Virus record (IMG/VR): IMGVR_UViG_3300048592_000564
Coordinates: 8,345 to 72,344 of that record
Strand: one strand, 5' to 3'
DNA: 64,000 nt
From: a virus
Below, piece by piece: positions 55,735-64,000 of this stretch (its first letter is position 1; each line of letters opens with the position of its first letter). Below the pieces are notes generated by a model. The model was given only the letters and a program-made list of their open reading frames with translations, ran no database searches and was not told the origin of the DNA. Position numbers and translations under genes: made by a program.

Positions 55735-57400
55735 GGAAGCGTTCGCGGCCTCGGGAAAGTTCGACGGCATCGGGTTTGTGTTCGGGCCGGAACGCGACAT
55801 GTTCGGAATTGACCTTGACGGTTGCCGGGACCCCGAGACCGGCCGCGTGGCCGAGTGGGCACGGGAAATTATCATTTTGCTGAATAGCTACTCGGAGGTG
55901 TCGCCAAGCAAGACGGGCGTGAAAATCTACTGCTTGGGACGGTTGCCATTCGATACCGGCAAAAAAGTCGCGGTCGCGGTCGAGCGGGTCGTGGCCGAAA
56001 AGGATCCCGCGATCGAGGCATACGACCACGCCCGTTACTTTGCGGTCACGGGCGTGACCCTGGCCGGCATGCCCGCCGAGCCGCAGGACCGAACCGAACA
56101 GGTCAAGCACGTCTGTGCGGTGTACTTCAAGGAAAAAACGCTTGACCGCCCCCGCCCCCAGGAACGCACGAGCCGACTCTCCGTGATCGAACGGGCCCGC
56201 AAGTACCTGGACCGACTCCCGGCCTCGGTGAGCGGCCAGGGCGGCCACAACGCGGCCTTCCACGCGGCCTGCGTGCTGGTGCTTGGCTTCGGGCTGAACC
56301 GCACCGAGGCCATGATCCTGATGTCGGAGTTCAACCAGCGATGCCAGCCCCCGTGGTCCGAACGAGAGTTGGAACACAAGGTCGACTCGGCCGAAAAGCA
56401 GCCCGGCGACCGCGGGTTCTTGCGTGACACCAAGCCCGAGCAGTGGGACACAACCCCAGTGCCGAGCTACCAAGACCCCGAGACCCCCGTGGCCCCGACG
56501 GAAATCAAGATCACGACGCTCGAAACCGCAGCCGCCAAGTATCTCGCGAGCCTCGAAAGCGGGAACAACGACCTCGTGAGCCTTGGGATCGGGGACCTGG
56601 ACCACGCGCTCGCTGGCGGTTGCAGTTTCGGCGAAATGGTGATCGTGGCAGCCCGGCCCTCACACGGCAAGACCGCGTTCGCGATGCAGTGCCTGGACGC
56701 GTTCGCGACCAACGGACTCCCGAGCGCGATGATCAGCGAGGAAATGTCCGAACTGGCACTCGGCAAACGAACCGTCCAGTACGCGGTCGACACCCCGGAG
56801 GAACACTGGTTGACCAGGGTCGAAAAAGTGCGGTCAGACCTGACGGTTCACTTTCGCGACCGAAGCCCCTGCTATGTCGTGGAAGCATGCCGGACCGCCG
56901 AGGCCGCCGGCGCCGCGATTAAGCGGCTCGCGGACGAGAAGGGCGTGCGGTGTGTCGCGGTCGATTACGCGCAGCTTCTGACCGCCAAGGGGAAGTCCCG
57001 CTACGAGCAAATCACCAACACCTCGATTGCGCTCAGGCAGGCCGCCAACGCCACCAACGTGCTCCTGATTGTGTTGTGCCAGCTCAACCGCGAGATCGAG
57101 GCCAGGGAGAAGTTTGTCCCAAAGCTCTGCGACCTCAAGGACAGCGGCCAGCTGGAACAAGACGCCGACGTGGTTTCGTTTTTGGTCTGGCCCCACAAGA
57201 TCAATCCCCAGAACGACCCGAAAGAATTTCAGATTTGGATTGCCAAGAACCGCAACCGGGCGATCAACAACCACTTCGTGGAATGCGAATTTCGGCCGTC
57301 GCGACTCAGGATCGTAGAATCCCGCAAGCCTATCGAGGAGCACCGAAACTACCATGCAGAATTCGCGGACTACAACGAATCGACCACGCGAGAATTCTAA
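55580..57400 (+). CDS. Primase-polymerase / DnaB-like helicase fusion
   Basis: QWVCW, GIDLDGC, SYSEVSPSKTG (AEP/PrimPol), PriCT-like PPWSERE, AARPSHGKT Walker A, VDYAQL, QLNR, SGQLEQDAD, KNRN. Confidence 0.9.
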   Translation: MLIAKNVPSSMKAKPQWVCWKTVMRDRPTKVPMQQTGSAASSTNPETWTSFEEAFAASGKFDGIGFVFGPERDMFGIDLDGCRDPETGRVAEWAREIIILLNSYSEVSPSKTGVKIYCLGRLPFDTGKKVAVAVERVVAEKDPAIEAYDHARYFAVTGVTLAGMPAEPQDRTEQVKHVCAVYFKEKTLDRPRPQERTSRLSVIERARKYLDRLPASVSGQGGHNAAFHAACVLVLGFGLNRTEAMILMSEFNQRCQPPWSERELEHKVDSAEKQPGDRGFLRDTKPEQWDTTPVPSYQDPETPVAPTEIKITTLETAAAKYLASLESGNNDLVSLGIGDLDHALAGGCSFGEMVIVAARPSHGKTAFAMQCLDAFATNGLPSAMISEEMSELALGKRTVQYAVDTPEEHWLTRVEKVRSDLTVHFRDRSPCYVVEACRTAEAAGAAIKRLADEKGVRCVAVDYAQLLTAKGKSRYEQITNTSIALRQAANATNVLLIVLCQLNREIEAREKFVPKLCDLKDSGQLEQDADVVSFLVWPHKINPQNDPKEFQIWIAKNRNRAINNHFVECEFRPSRLRIVESRKPIEEHRNYHAEFADYNESTTREF

Positions 57401-57926
57401 GCCCCCATGCCCCGACGGCTGCTTCAACCGCGAGGAACGCTGGCACCGCGTCCCAAGTAAGAAGCGACCCGGCGAGCACGAGATCAGATGCAAGTTCTGT
57501 GACAAGTTCATCGGGTACGAAAGGAAGCGATGATGCAGGAAGGCTTATTCCGCTGCTGGTCACCCCACGGTGAGCACACCTGGACCCGCTGGATATTCGA
57601 TTGCCTGAGACCCTGGCGTTACCGGCACTGTACGGTTTGCCACATGCGAGAAAGGAAATGCACGATATGAAATGCCCCCATTGCTTTCAAGAGATGCCAG
57701 CCCCCGAGGCCCCGGTGGCACACCCGCTCCACATGCAGTTCGTCGGCCGCCAGGTCTTCACGGTCGACGGCCACCCCGGAATCTGGTGCGGAGAACCCGA
57801 TCGCTTTGACGACGGGGACAAGATCGGACTCACGGTCAAGTTCGAGAACCCGCAGCGAGGACGCGAGCGCCGCAAGACCCTCTACCGACTCGACACCCTG
57901 ACGGCCAAGATCAAGCGAGCCCTGGA

Positions 57927-58571
57927 ATGCACGCCCTAGAGTGGATCCAACAACACGGCCACCACCTCCGCAGCATCAATGCCGCGAAGCTCCGGCGGGA
58001 ACTTCACCGCGAGAAGCGTACCTGCACGTGGTGCGGGGAACCGGTCGGGAAGAACCGCTCGACGTGGTGCAGCGGAAAGTGCGTGGAGGAGTTTCGGATG
58101 CGGTGCGACCCCGCGGCGATTCGGCACCACATCGAACGCACGAGGCCGCTCGTGTGTGCGATCTGCGGGCGGGATATCGAGTGGCTGAAATCACTGGAGC
58201 CCCGAGCAAAAAAGGCGTGGCACGCCCTGGAGCACCAACCAGACAAATGCCGCCGAGGCCACCTGATCATCAATCGCCGAGGCCGACGCAACCACCGTCG
58301 CATGGAGCGGTGGGCCAAGCTCTGGAACTACGGGTTGACGCGTTCGATCCGGTCCTGGATGGCCACCCGAGGGCTTGCGGGAATCTGGGAAGCCGACCAC
58401 ATCACGCCCGTCGTGGAAGGCGGCGGCCTATGTTCTAGCGACGGATACAGAATTTTGTGCGTGCCCTGTCATCACGCCGAGACCGCCGCGCTCGCGGGCC
58501 GGCGAGCCGAGGCACGACGACCCAAGAGGAAATCACGGGACCACCAGACTACACTCTCGCTGGAGAAGTGA
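57927..58571 (+). CDS. HNH endonuclease-like protein
   Basis: CTWCG, CAICG, WEADHITPVVEGGG...RILCVPCH. Confidence 0.8.
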   Translation: MHALEWIQQHGHHLRSINAAKLRRELHREKRTCTWCGEPVGKNRSTWCSGKCVEEFRMRCDPAAIRHHIERTRPLVCAICGRDIEWLKSLEPRAKKAWHALEHQPDKCRRGHLIINRRGRRNHRRMERWAKLWNYGLTRSIRSWMATRGLAGIWEADHITPVVEGGGLCSSDGYRILCVPCHHAETAALAGRRAEARRPKRKSRDHQTTLSLEK

Positions 58572-58572
58572 C

Positions 58573-59099
58573 ATGCAGACCGCCCTATTCGACAAGCAGG
58601 CATCAGAACTCGCGAAAGAGCGAGGCATGGTGTACGCCGCCGTGAAGCACCAGGACGCACTGGACTTGGCGCGTGGCATTGCCCGAACGATTGCCCTTCA
58701 GGCCCCAGATGGCATCACGGCCGACGATGTCGTCCAGGAGCTGGTCCGACGCGGCCACGGGATCCACTGCCTTGGAAACGCGGCCGGAAGCCTTTTCCGT
58801 GGACCCGAGTGGATCTTTACCGGACAGCGACGCAAGAGCGCGAGGGTTCACGCACACAGCAACGAACTCAAGGTCTGGAGGCTCAGATGACACGACAGCC
58901 AAAATCCAGAGAGGACGTCGGCAAGCTATTTGCGAACGGATCTCGCGTTTTGAAAATGATCTCCTTTGAGGCGCGTCCCACTTTCACGCTGAAGAACCTA
59001 GAGACCGGCGAAACGGAAACCTGGGCCGTCGGCTCAATACAGGATGAGTGCTTTCACCGACTGGTCCCAGAGGGCCGCGACGCCGCGGTAATCCCATGA
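58573..59099 (+). other. Two hypothetical CDSs (58573-58890, 58887-59099)
   Basis: Coupled ORFs with RBSs. Confidence 0.5.
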
Positions 59100-59674
59100 T
59101 CCAGCTCACGCTCCCCCAGGTCCCCGAATACGAGCCGTGGCTCCAGAGCTGCGCATTCTTGCTTGGCGTGGCCAACAGTGGTTGCCGGACCTGGAACGCC
59201 TACGACCTACGGACCCACGAGGGATTCAGGGAGCGGTTCTACGCTTTGAAAAAGGAGATCCTGCTCGCCCACGCGCACCAGCAAGGATTCGACATCCAGC
59301 ACCTTGTGAAGCGATGTTGGAACTGCGGGGGCACGGGAACCGTGCAGTACGACGACGACCTGGAGCGATGCTGCCGTTGCGACGGCACCGGGATCTACCA
59401 GGAACGCTGGGTCCTGCTGGGCCGCTACTCGCTCGCGGGCCACGTTTTCCATTGCCCGGCCGGCTACATCCCGGACCCCGGCACCAAGCCGACCATTGAG
59501 GGCCTGATCGAACACCAGGCATCCCCGCACGCCTGGGAGGCGTTTAGGTGTCTCGCGGACGGCCGCTATTCGCTCAAGGAGCGGTGCAGCAACCAGGCCG
59601 CCCAAGACCTGATCACCAGAATCCAATTCGAGGAACGCGATGAACGACTGCCGCAAAATACTGTCGTGGTTTAA
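59096..59674 (+). CDS. Protein with DnaJ-type CxxCxGxG zinc-finger repeats
   Basis: CWNCGGTG and CCRCDGTG. Confidence 0.6.
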   Translation: MIQLTLPQVPEYEPWLQSCAFLLGVANSGCRTWNAYDLRTHEGFRERFYALKKEILLAHAHQQGFDIQHLVKRCWNCGGTGTVQYDDDLERCCRCDGTGIYQERWVLLGRYSLAGHVFHCPAGYIPDPGTKPTIEGLIEHQASPHAWEAFRCLADGRYSLKERCSNQAAQDLITRIQFEERDERLPQNTVVV

Positions 59675-61064
59675 GCCGCCGACTCGCGCAACGCGTCGGA
59701 TCGTCAAAGAGCTTCGCCGTACCTGGGCCAAGCTCGACGGCCGGGCGGCCACGATCCGGCGACTCAGCGAACAGGTCACGCGACAGCAGGATGCACTCAC
59801 GATGCTGCGTGTCGAACTATCTTGTAGCACATGGCGCATCGGCCGCGCCAATTGCCGACTCGACAAGATCGTCGCGGACGTGCAACGCATGACCGAGGAA
59901 ATCGAGCAAGCCAGACAGGCGATGCGAACACAGAGCCAGGACGGTGGCGAGGCCGCAAAACTGCGCGACGCCATCAAGCGTGCCGGGTTCGCGGTCTGCC
60001 AAAGCGCGGGCGACTGGACGATCCACGACGTGTCGGAATACGCCAAGGCCGGGGAGGAAAAAGTCGCGGCCGTGATCAGCCGTAACATCGACCTGGAAGT
60101 GGAAAATGAGCGATTGCGTGACCAGCTTCCGGCTTCCATGCCGAACTGCAAAATCGAGTTTAAGGAATGCGAGCAAGGCCACGGTCGCTTGACGGCCACG
60201 AACTGGATCGACCACGGGTGCCCGCATTGCGAGAACGAGCGACTGCGCGACCTACTGAAGCACGCACCACTATGCCAAGCCTGCCTCGGCAACCCGATGG
60301 TGCAGGAGTGCCAACCGTGGTGCCGAGAGGCACAGAAGATCAAGAGAGCCGACGAACCAACGAGGAACCCATGACCGAACCCGACCACAACAACCCGACC
60401 TGCTTTGAGGCGTTTCATGATTTGGGAGCGCAGAAGCAATGGAAACTTTACCGTAACGCGATCCAGCAGCGAGACGCCGCCAGAATCGATCGAGACGAGC
60501 AACGCAAGGTTTGCGACAGCTGGGTCGATGAGGCAGTGCGATTGTCTCGCGTCAATCACCGCCAGCAAGTCAAGCTCCGCAACCGCGCGGCCTTGATCTG
60601 GCAACTCTGGCGCGGCATGGAGGAAGCCCGCGCGTGGCTCCGGGGAGAATTCCGCGAGGAACTCGGGGACCCGGCGAGCAAAAGCTGGGCATGCCTCTAT
60701 TGCGGCGAAATGCTTCACGGACGCGAAGACGCTAAGGAGCATGTCCAGCATTGCCCCGACCACCCACTGGTAAAGCGCATCCAGGAACTGGAACAGCAGA
60801 TCGCCGACCCCACGGCCCCGTGGAACAACGCCTGAGATGCCATACGCCAAAGTCAAAGACCCGACCCCCGCCCAGATCCGCCGACGCGCGGCCCAGATCC
60901 AAGCGACCTGGACCGCCGCCGACGAGGCATTGCGCCGCGGCGTCCACCACCTGCAGATCCGGGACTCGCGGGGCCACCCACGGGACCTCGTGCTGGACCA
61001 AGACGGGCACCTCACACTGCCGGTCTATGTTCGCGGGATCGAATGGGTGGACGACAGGGCCTAG
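59640..61064 (+). other. Three hypothetical CDSs (59640-60374, 60371-60835, 60837-61064)
   Basis: Coiled-coil and CxxC content, coupled starts. Confidence 0.5.
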
Positions 61065-61090
61065 AGACCCAATAGTTTCGCGGAGATCAC

Positions 61091-62134
61091 ATGACGCTGG
61101 AATTTATCAAAGCCGACTGCCTGAAGTGGATGCGCGAGCAGCCCGACGGTCGCTTTGACCTCGCGTTCGGTTCTCCGCCCTACGCGGACGCGAGGCTCTA
61201 CCTGGAGGACGGCCAGGATCTCGGGATCTCGCGGAATTGCGTCCAGTGGGTCGAGTGGATGCTTGAGGTTACACGCGAGGCCCACCGGATCAGCCGCGGC
61301 CCCGTGATCTGGGTCGCGGCCGCAATGCACCGCGATCGCAACTACTGGCCGGCCTGCGAGGGCCTGATGTGGGAATGGTGGAAACTCGGGGGCGACCACC
61401 AACTCTATCGACCGTGCGTGTTCCATCGGGTCGGAATCCCAGGCAGCGGCGGGAGCGATTGGTTCCGGGCCGACTGGGAATACGTGATGTGTTTCAAGCA
61501 CGAGGGCGAACTACCCTGGAGCGACAACACGGCTTGCGGGCACCCACCCAAGTGGGCGCCGGGCGGGGAGATGAGTTACCGCAACAGCGAGGGCACGAGA
61601 CGGAATCAGTGGGGCGCAAAAACGGGCGTCCAGCACGACCGCAACCAAGCGGGTGAACTCGTGGGCCGCGCACGCCCGAGCCACCAGGACCTGTCGAACC
61701 GCGATCGCTGGGGCGGAACGGGGCACGCAAGCAGCGGCGAAGGCCGCAGCCCAAACGGCAAGCACAAAACCAGACCGTCAAAGCGATTTGCACATGCCAA
61801 GGACGGAACCGTCAAAGGCGAACACGACCGCGACATCGTGGCAATCGCAAACCCCGGCAATGTGTGGAACATCCCGGTCGGCGGCGGCCTAATGGCAAGC
61901 CGGCTCTGCCATGAAAACGAAGCTCCGTTCCCCGAACGACTAGCCGAAATCGTGGTCCGATCCTGCTGCCCGCCCGACGGCCTCGTGCTCGATCCATTCA
62001 GCGGGAGCGGAACCACCGCATCGGTCTGCCGCCAGCACAACCGCAACTGCATCGGGATCGACCTACGGGAATCACAGGTCGAACTCGCGCAGCGCCGCAC
62101 CCGAGACGCCCAGCCCCGCCTACTGGACACCTGA
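61091..62134 (+). CDS. Beta-class amino-DNA methyltransferase (probably N4-cytosine)
   Basis: SPPY catalytic motif precedes the VLDPFSGSGTT SAM-binding motif. Confidence 0.9.
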   Translation: MTLEFIKADCLKWMREQPDGRFDLAFGSPPYADARLYLEDGQDLGISRNCVQWVEWMLEVTREAHRISRGPVIWVAAAMHRDRNYWPACEGLMWEWWKLGGDHQLYRPCVFHRVGIPGSGGSDWFRADWEYVMCFKHEGELPWSDNTACGHPPKWAPGGEMSYRNSEGTRRNQWGAKTGVQHDRNQAGELVGRARPSHQDLSNRDRWGGTGHASSGEGRSPNGKHKTRPSKRFAHAKDGTVKGEHDRDIVAIANPGNVWNIPVGGGLMASRLCHENEAPFPERLAEIVVRSCCPPDGLVLDPFSGSGTTASVCRQHNRNCIGIDLRESQVELAQRRTRDAQPRLLDT

Positions 62135-62136
62135 CC

Positions 62137-62697
62137 ATGACGACCACCCACCACCGAGGACTCAAGATCATCACCGGCAGCACACGCCTGCCCGGCGACA
62201 ACAAACCCCATCCGCCCCCCACCGGGGAGCCGTCTGGTCTGGGTCACGAGGGTCTTTGCACCCTTTCGCCCTCGCGAGACCCTGATCCCCGGTCGGGGGC
62301 TTCGTCCACACGCGAAATCGTGATCGTGGTACCAGGGTGCCCACGAGGCAAACCTCGCATGACCCAGCGGGACAAGTGGAAGCAGCGCCCCTGCGTGATG
62401 GCCTATCGGGCGTGGGCTGATCGGGTGCGGGCCGCAGCGGGCCAGATGCCACCCGCCGAAACGGTGCTGTCGCTGTCCTGGACCGCGAGCTTTATCCCGC
62501 CGATCAACTGGCCCAAGGACCGTCGCCACGGCGCACTCGGAACGCCGCATCGCCAAAAACCCGACCGCGACAACATCGACAAGGCCGTGCTCGACATCCT
62601 CTACCCGAAAGGCGACCAGGCGATCGCGGCCGGGACGATCGAGAAGCAATGGGGATACGTGGAGCAACTTGAAATCAGGATCACGGTAAGCCTATGA
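62137..62697 (+). CDS. rusA: RusA-family Holliday junction resolvase
   Basis: KPRMTQRDKW, KPDRDNIDKAVLD..D. Confidence 0.85.
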   Translation: MTTTHHRGLKIITGSTRLPGDNKPHPPPTGEPSGLGHEGLCTLSPSRDPDPRSGASSTREIVIVVPGCPRGKPRMTQRDKWKQRPCVMAYRAWADRVRAAAGQMPPAETVLSLSWTASFIPPINWPKDRRHGALGTPHRQKPDRDNIDKAVLDILYPKGDQAIAAGTIEKQWGYVEQLEIRITVSL

Positions 62698-63191
62698 CCC
62701 GCCACGACCGCCCAGTACGCGCCCGCCGGCCCGCCTCAACCAAGCCACCCGAGGACGCCGACGAGCCCCAGGCTGAATTCGCACCGCCCCAGGTCGTCCC
62801 CGAGGAACTGGTCCGCAGCGTCATGCTGAGGATCAACCACGCGGTCCGGTGGGGCAACTGGGCGATGGTGGACCGCGTGATCCAGGACGCCCGCCGCCAG
62901 TCCCGCGAGATCGCGCACGAAATTCTCTGTCCCCTGGAGGACCGACCGGTAGAATGCCTGCACGAACTCGCGGGCTTGCCCGAGCACCTGATCAAACCCC
63001 TGCGACTCGTGAACCGCTTCGCCCGTCGGCCGGTCACGATTGGCGAGGTTCTGGCCTACGGGTCCAGGCTATCGGACCACGAACCCTACCTGGGCCGCAG
63101 AGCAGAATACGTCTGGGCCGCGATCCGGGCCGCACGGCGCCGAATCGAACGCGAGACCCAAGCCCTGACCTGTTGGAGCATCACATGCTAG
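62694..63191 (+). CDS. Hypothetical protein
   Basis: ATGA-coupled, 165 aa. Confidence 0.5.
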   Translation: MTRHDRPVRARRPASTKPPEDADEPQAEFAPPQVVPEELVRSVMLRINHAVRWGNWAMVDRVIQDARRQSREIAHEILCPLEDRPVECLHELAGLPEHLIKPLRLVNRFARRPVTIGEVLAYGSRLSDHEPYLGRRAEYVWAAIRAARRRIERETQALTCWSITC

Positions 63192-63679
63192 ATCCGCACA
63201 TTCGCTGGATGATCAACCGCGACATGCCGTCCGTGTACGTGATCGAGCACCACAGCTTCGAGTTCCCTTGGACCCGCGACGATTTCTGGCGTTGCCTTCG
63301 AACCCGCAACTGCATCGCGCTTGTGGCCGAGTGCGAGGAGGCGGTCGCGGGCTATGTGGTGTACGAGATCCACCGGGACCGGCTCCGCATCCTGAATTTT
63401 GCCGTCCACCAGGATCTCCGTCGCCAGCACGTCGGGGACACGATGGTGCGGAAACTAATCGGCAAACTCACGCCCCTGCGCCGCAACCGCATCACGCTGG
63501 AGGTCCGGGAATCCAACCTCCAGGCCCAACTGTTTTGGCGCGCAATGGGCTTTCGGGCCATCGGGATCGAGCACCGGTTCTACGACGAGACCAACGAGGA
63601 CGCCTACGTGTTTCAATATCAAATCTCCAGCACAGAAAGGCCCGACCGTGAAATCATCCGATCAATCCGCCTATCGTGA
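63185..63679 (+). CDS. rimI: RimI-like GNAT N-acetyltransferase
   Basis: IE..SFEFPW, LNFAV..RRQHVG, LEVRESNLQAQ, FY..TNEDAY. Confidence 0.88.
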   Translation: MLDPHIRWMINRDMPSVYVIEHHSFEFPWTRDDFWRCLRTRNCIALVAECEEAVAGYVVYEIHRDRLRILNFAVHQDLRRQHVGDTMVRKLIGKLTPLRRNRITLEVRESNLQAQLFWRAMGFRAIGIEHRFYDETNEDAYVFQYQISSTERPDREIIRSIRLS

Positions 63680-63977
63680 ATGCCAGCAGCCCAAAACCCC
63701 CGAGCAAGCCTCGAAGGACTGGGAGGCGTTCTGCGAGGAGTGCTACGAACTTCGCCGCAAGCACCGGATCGCCGACCTCTACCTCGTGGGCCAGCACGCG
63801 ATCGTGTACCCGGACGGCGAAGGCCAGGTCAACGGGGCCGCGCACTTCGGGGACCAGACCAAACGCGAGGCCATCGCGGCCTGGGCGCTCGGCTTCGAAT
63901 CCGCCCAGCGGCAGGCCATGATCTCGCAAATCATGAGCGACGCCGCGACGGGGATCAAAAACAAGAAACGACCATGA
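63648..63977 (+). CDS. Hypothetical protein
   Basis: 109 aa ORF, ATGA-coupled to a further ORF that runs off the window. Confidence 0.5.
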   Translation: MKSSDQSAYRECQQPKTPEQASKDWEAFCEECYELRRKHRIADLYLVGQHAIVYPDGEGQVNGAAHFGDQTKREAIAAWALGFESAQRQAMISQIMSDAATGIKNKKRP

Positions 63978-64000
63978 CGTAGCTACGCTGAAAAAATCCT

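Noticed and set aside
59207-61015. 602-aa minus-strand ORF and similar long antisense ORFs (44095-45819, 16559-17722, 55526-56605)
   Set aside because: GC-rich shadow frames opposite coupled, RBS-bearing genes, with no recognisable motifs.
1-64000. CRISPR array or other regularly spaced repeat-spacer array
   Set aside because: None seen by eye. The three HNH leaders are kilobases apart and the iterons are short and intragenic.
1-64000. Alternative genetic code or stop-codon reassignment, prompted by the odd tRNAs
   Set aside because: Recognisable genes are full length under code 11, and TAA, TAG and TGA all occur as stops.

Overview
The window is a fragment of a GC-rich tailed phage or prophage genome with a lambdoid layout. 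The host is probably a Planctomycetota member, inferred from the RimI, SSB and prepilin-like sequences. No terminase, capsid, integrase or host housekeeping block lies inside the window. Layout: (i) 1-5.6 kb, the end of a virion/tail module, translationally coupled to a glycosyltransferase with a Cys-rich domain; (ii) 5.6-10.3 kb, a pilin-like gene, two tRNA-like RNAs with abnormal anticodon arms, a DEDDh exonuclease and a Gp37/Gp68-family gene; (iii) 10.7-40.7 kb, a long rightward accessory region encoding a large glycan-synthesis toolkit (GT4, two GT11, two GT2, a GT6-FkbM fusion, GT31, a sulfotransferase, methyltransferases, an NDP-sugar dehydrogenase, GalE, and a candidate transaldolase-GmhA-HddA-GmhB-nucleotidyltransferase heptose route), interrupted by three HNH cassettes that share one promoter-hairpin leader; (iv) 40.7-48.4 kb, a leftward early/recombination operon (SSB, SMC-like ATPase, sigma-70 factor, putative annealing protein, HTH regulator); (v) 48.5-64 kb, a rightward early/replication region (TGT-like protein, attenuator, iteron-bearing initiator, primase-helicase, DNA methyltransferase, RusA, RimI). 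The best candidates for new biology are a phage-encoded blood-group-A-like glycan pathway (GT31+GT11+GT6), possibly used for virion glycosylation; the HNH cassette family, one member of which appears to have rebuilt the 3' end of galE; and the paired tRNA-like RNAs. All family assignments come from motifs recognised by eye, not from database searches.
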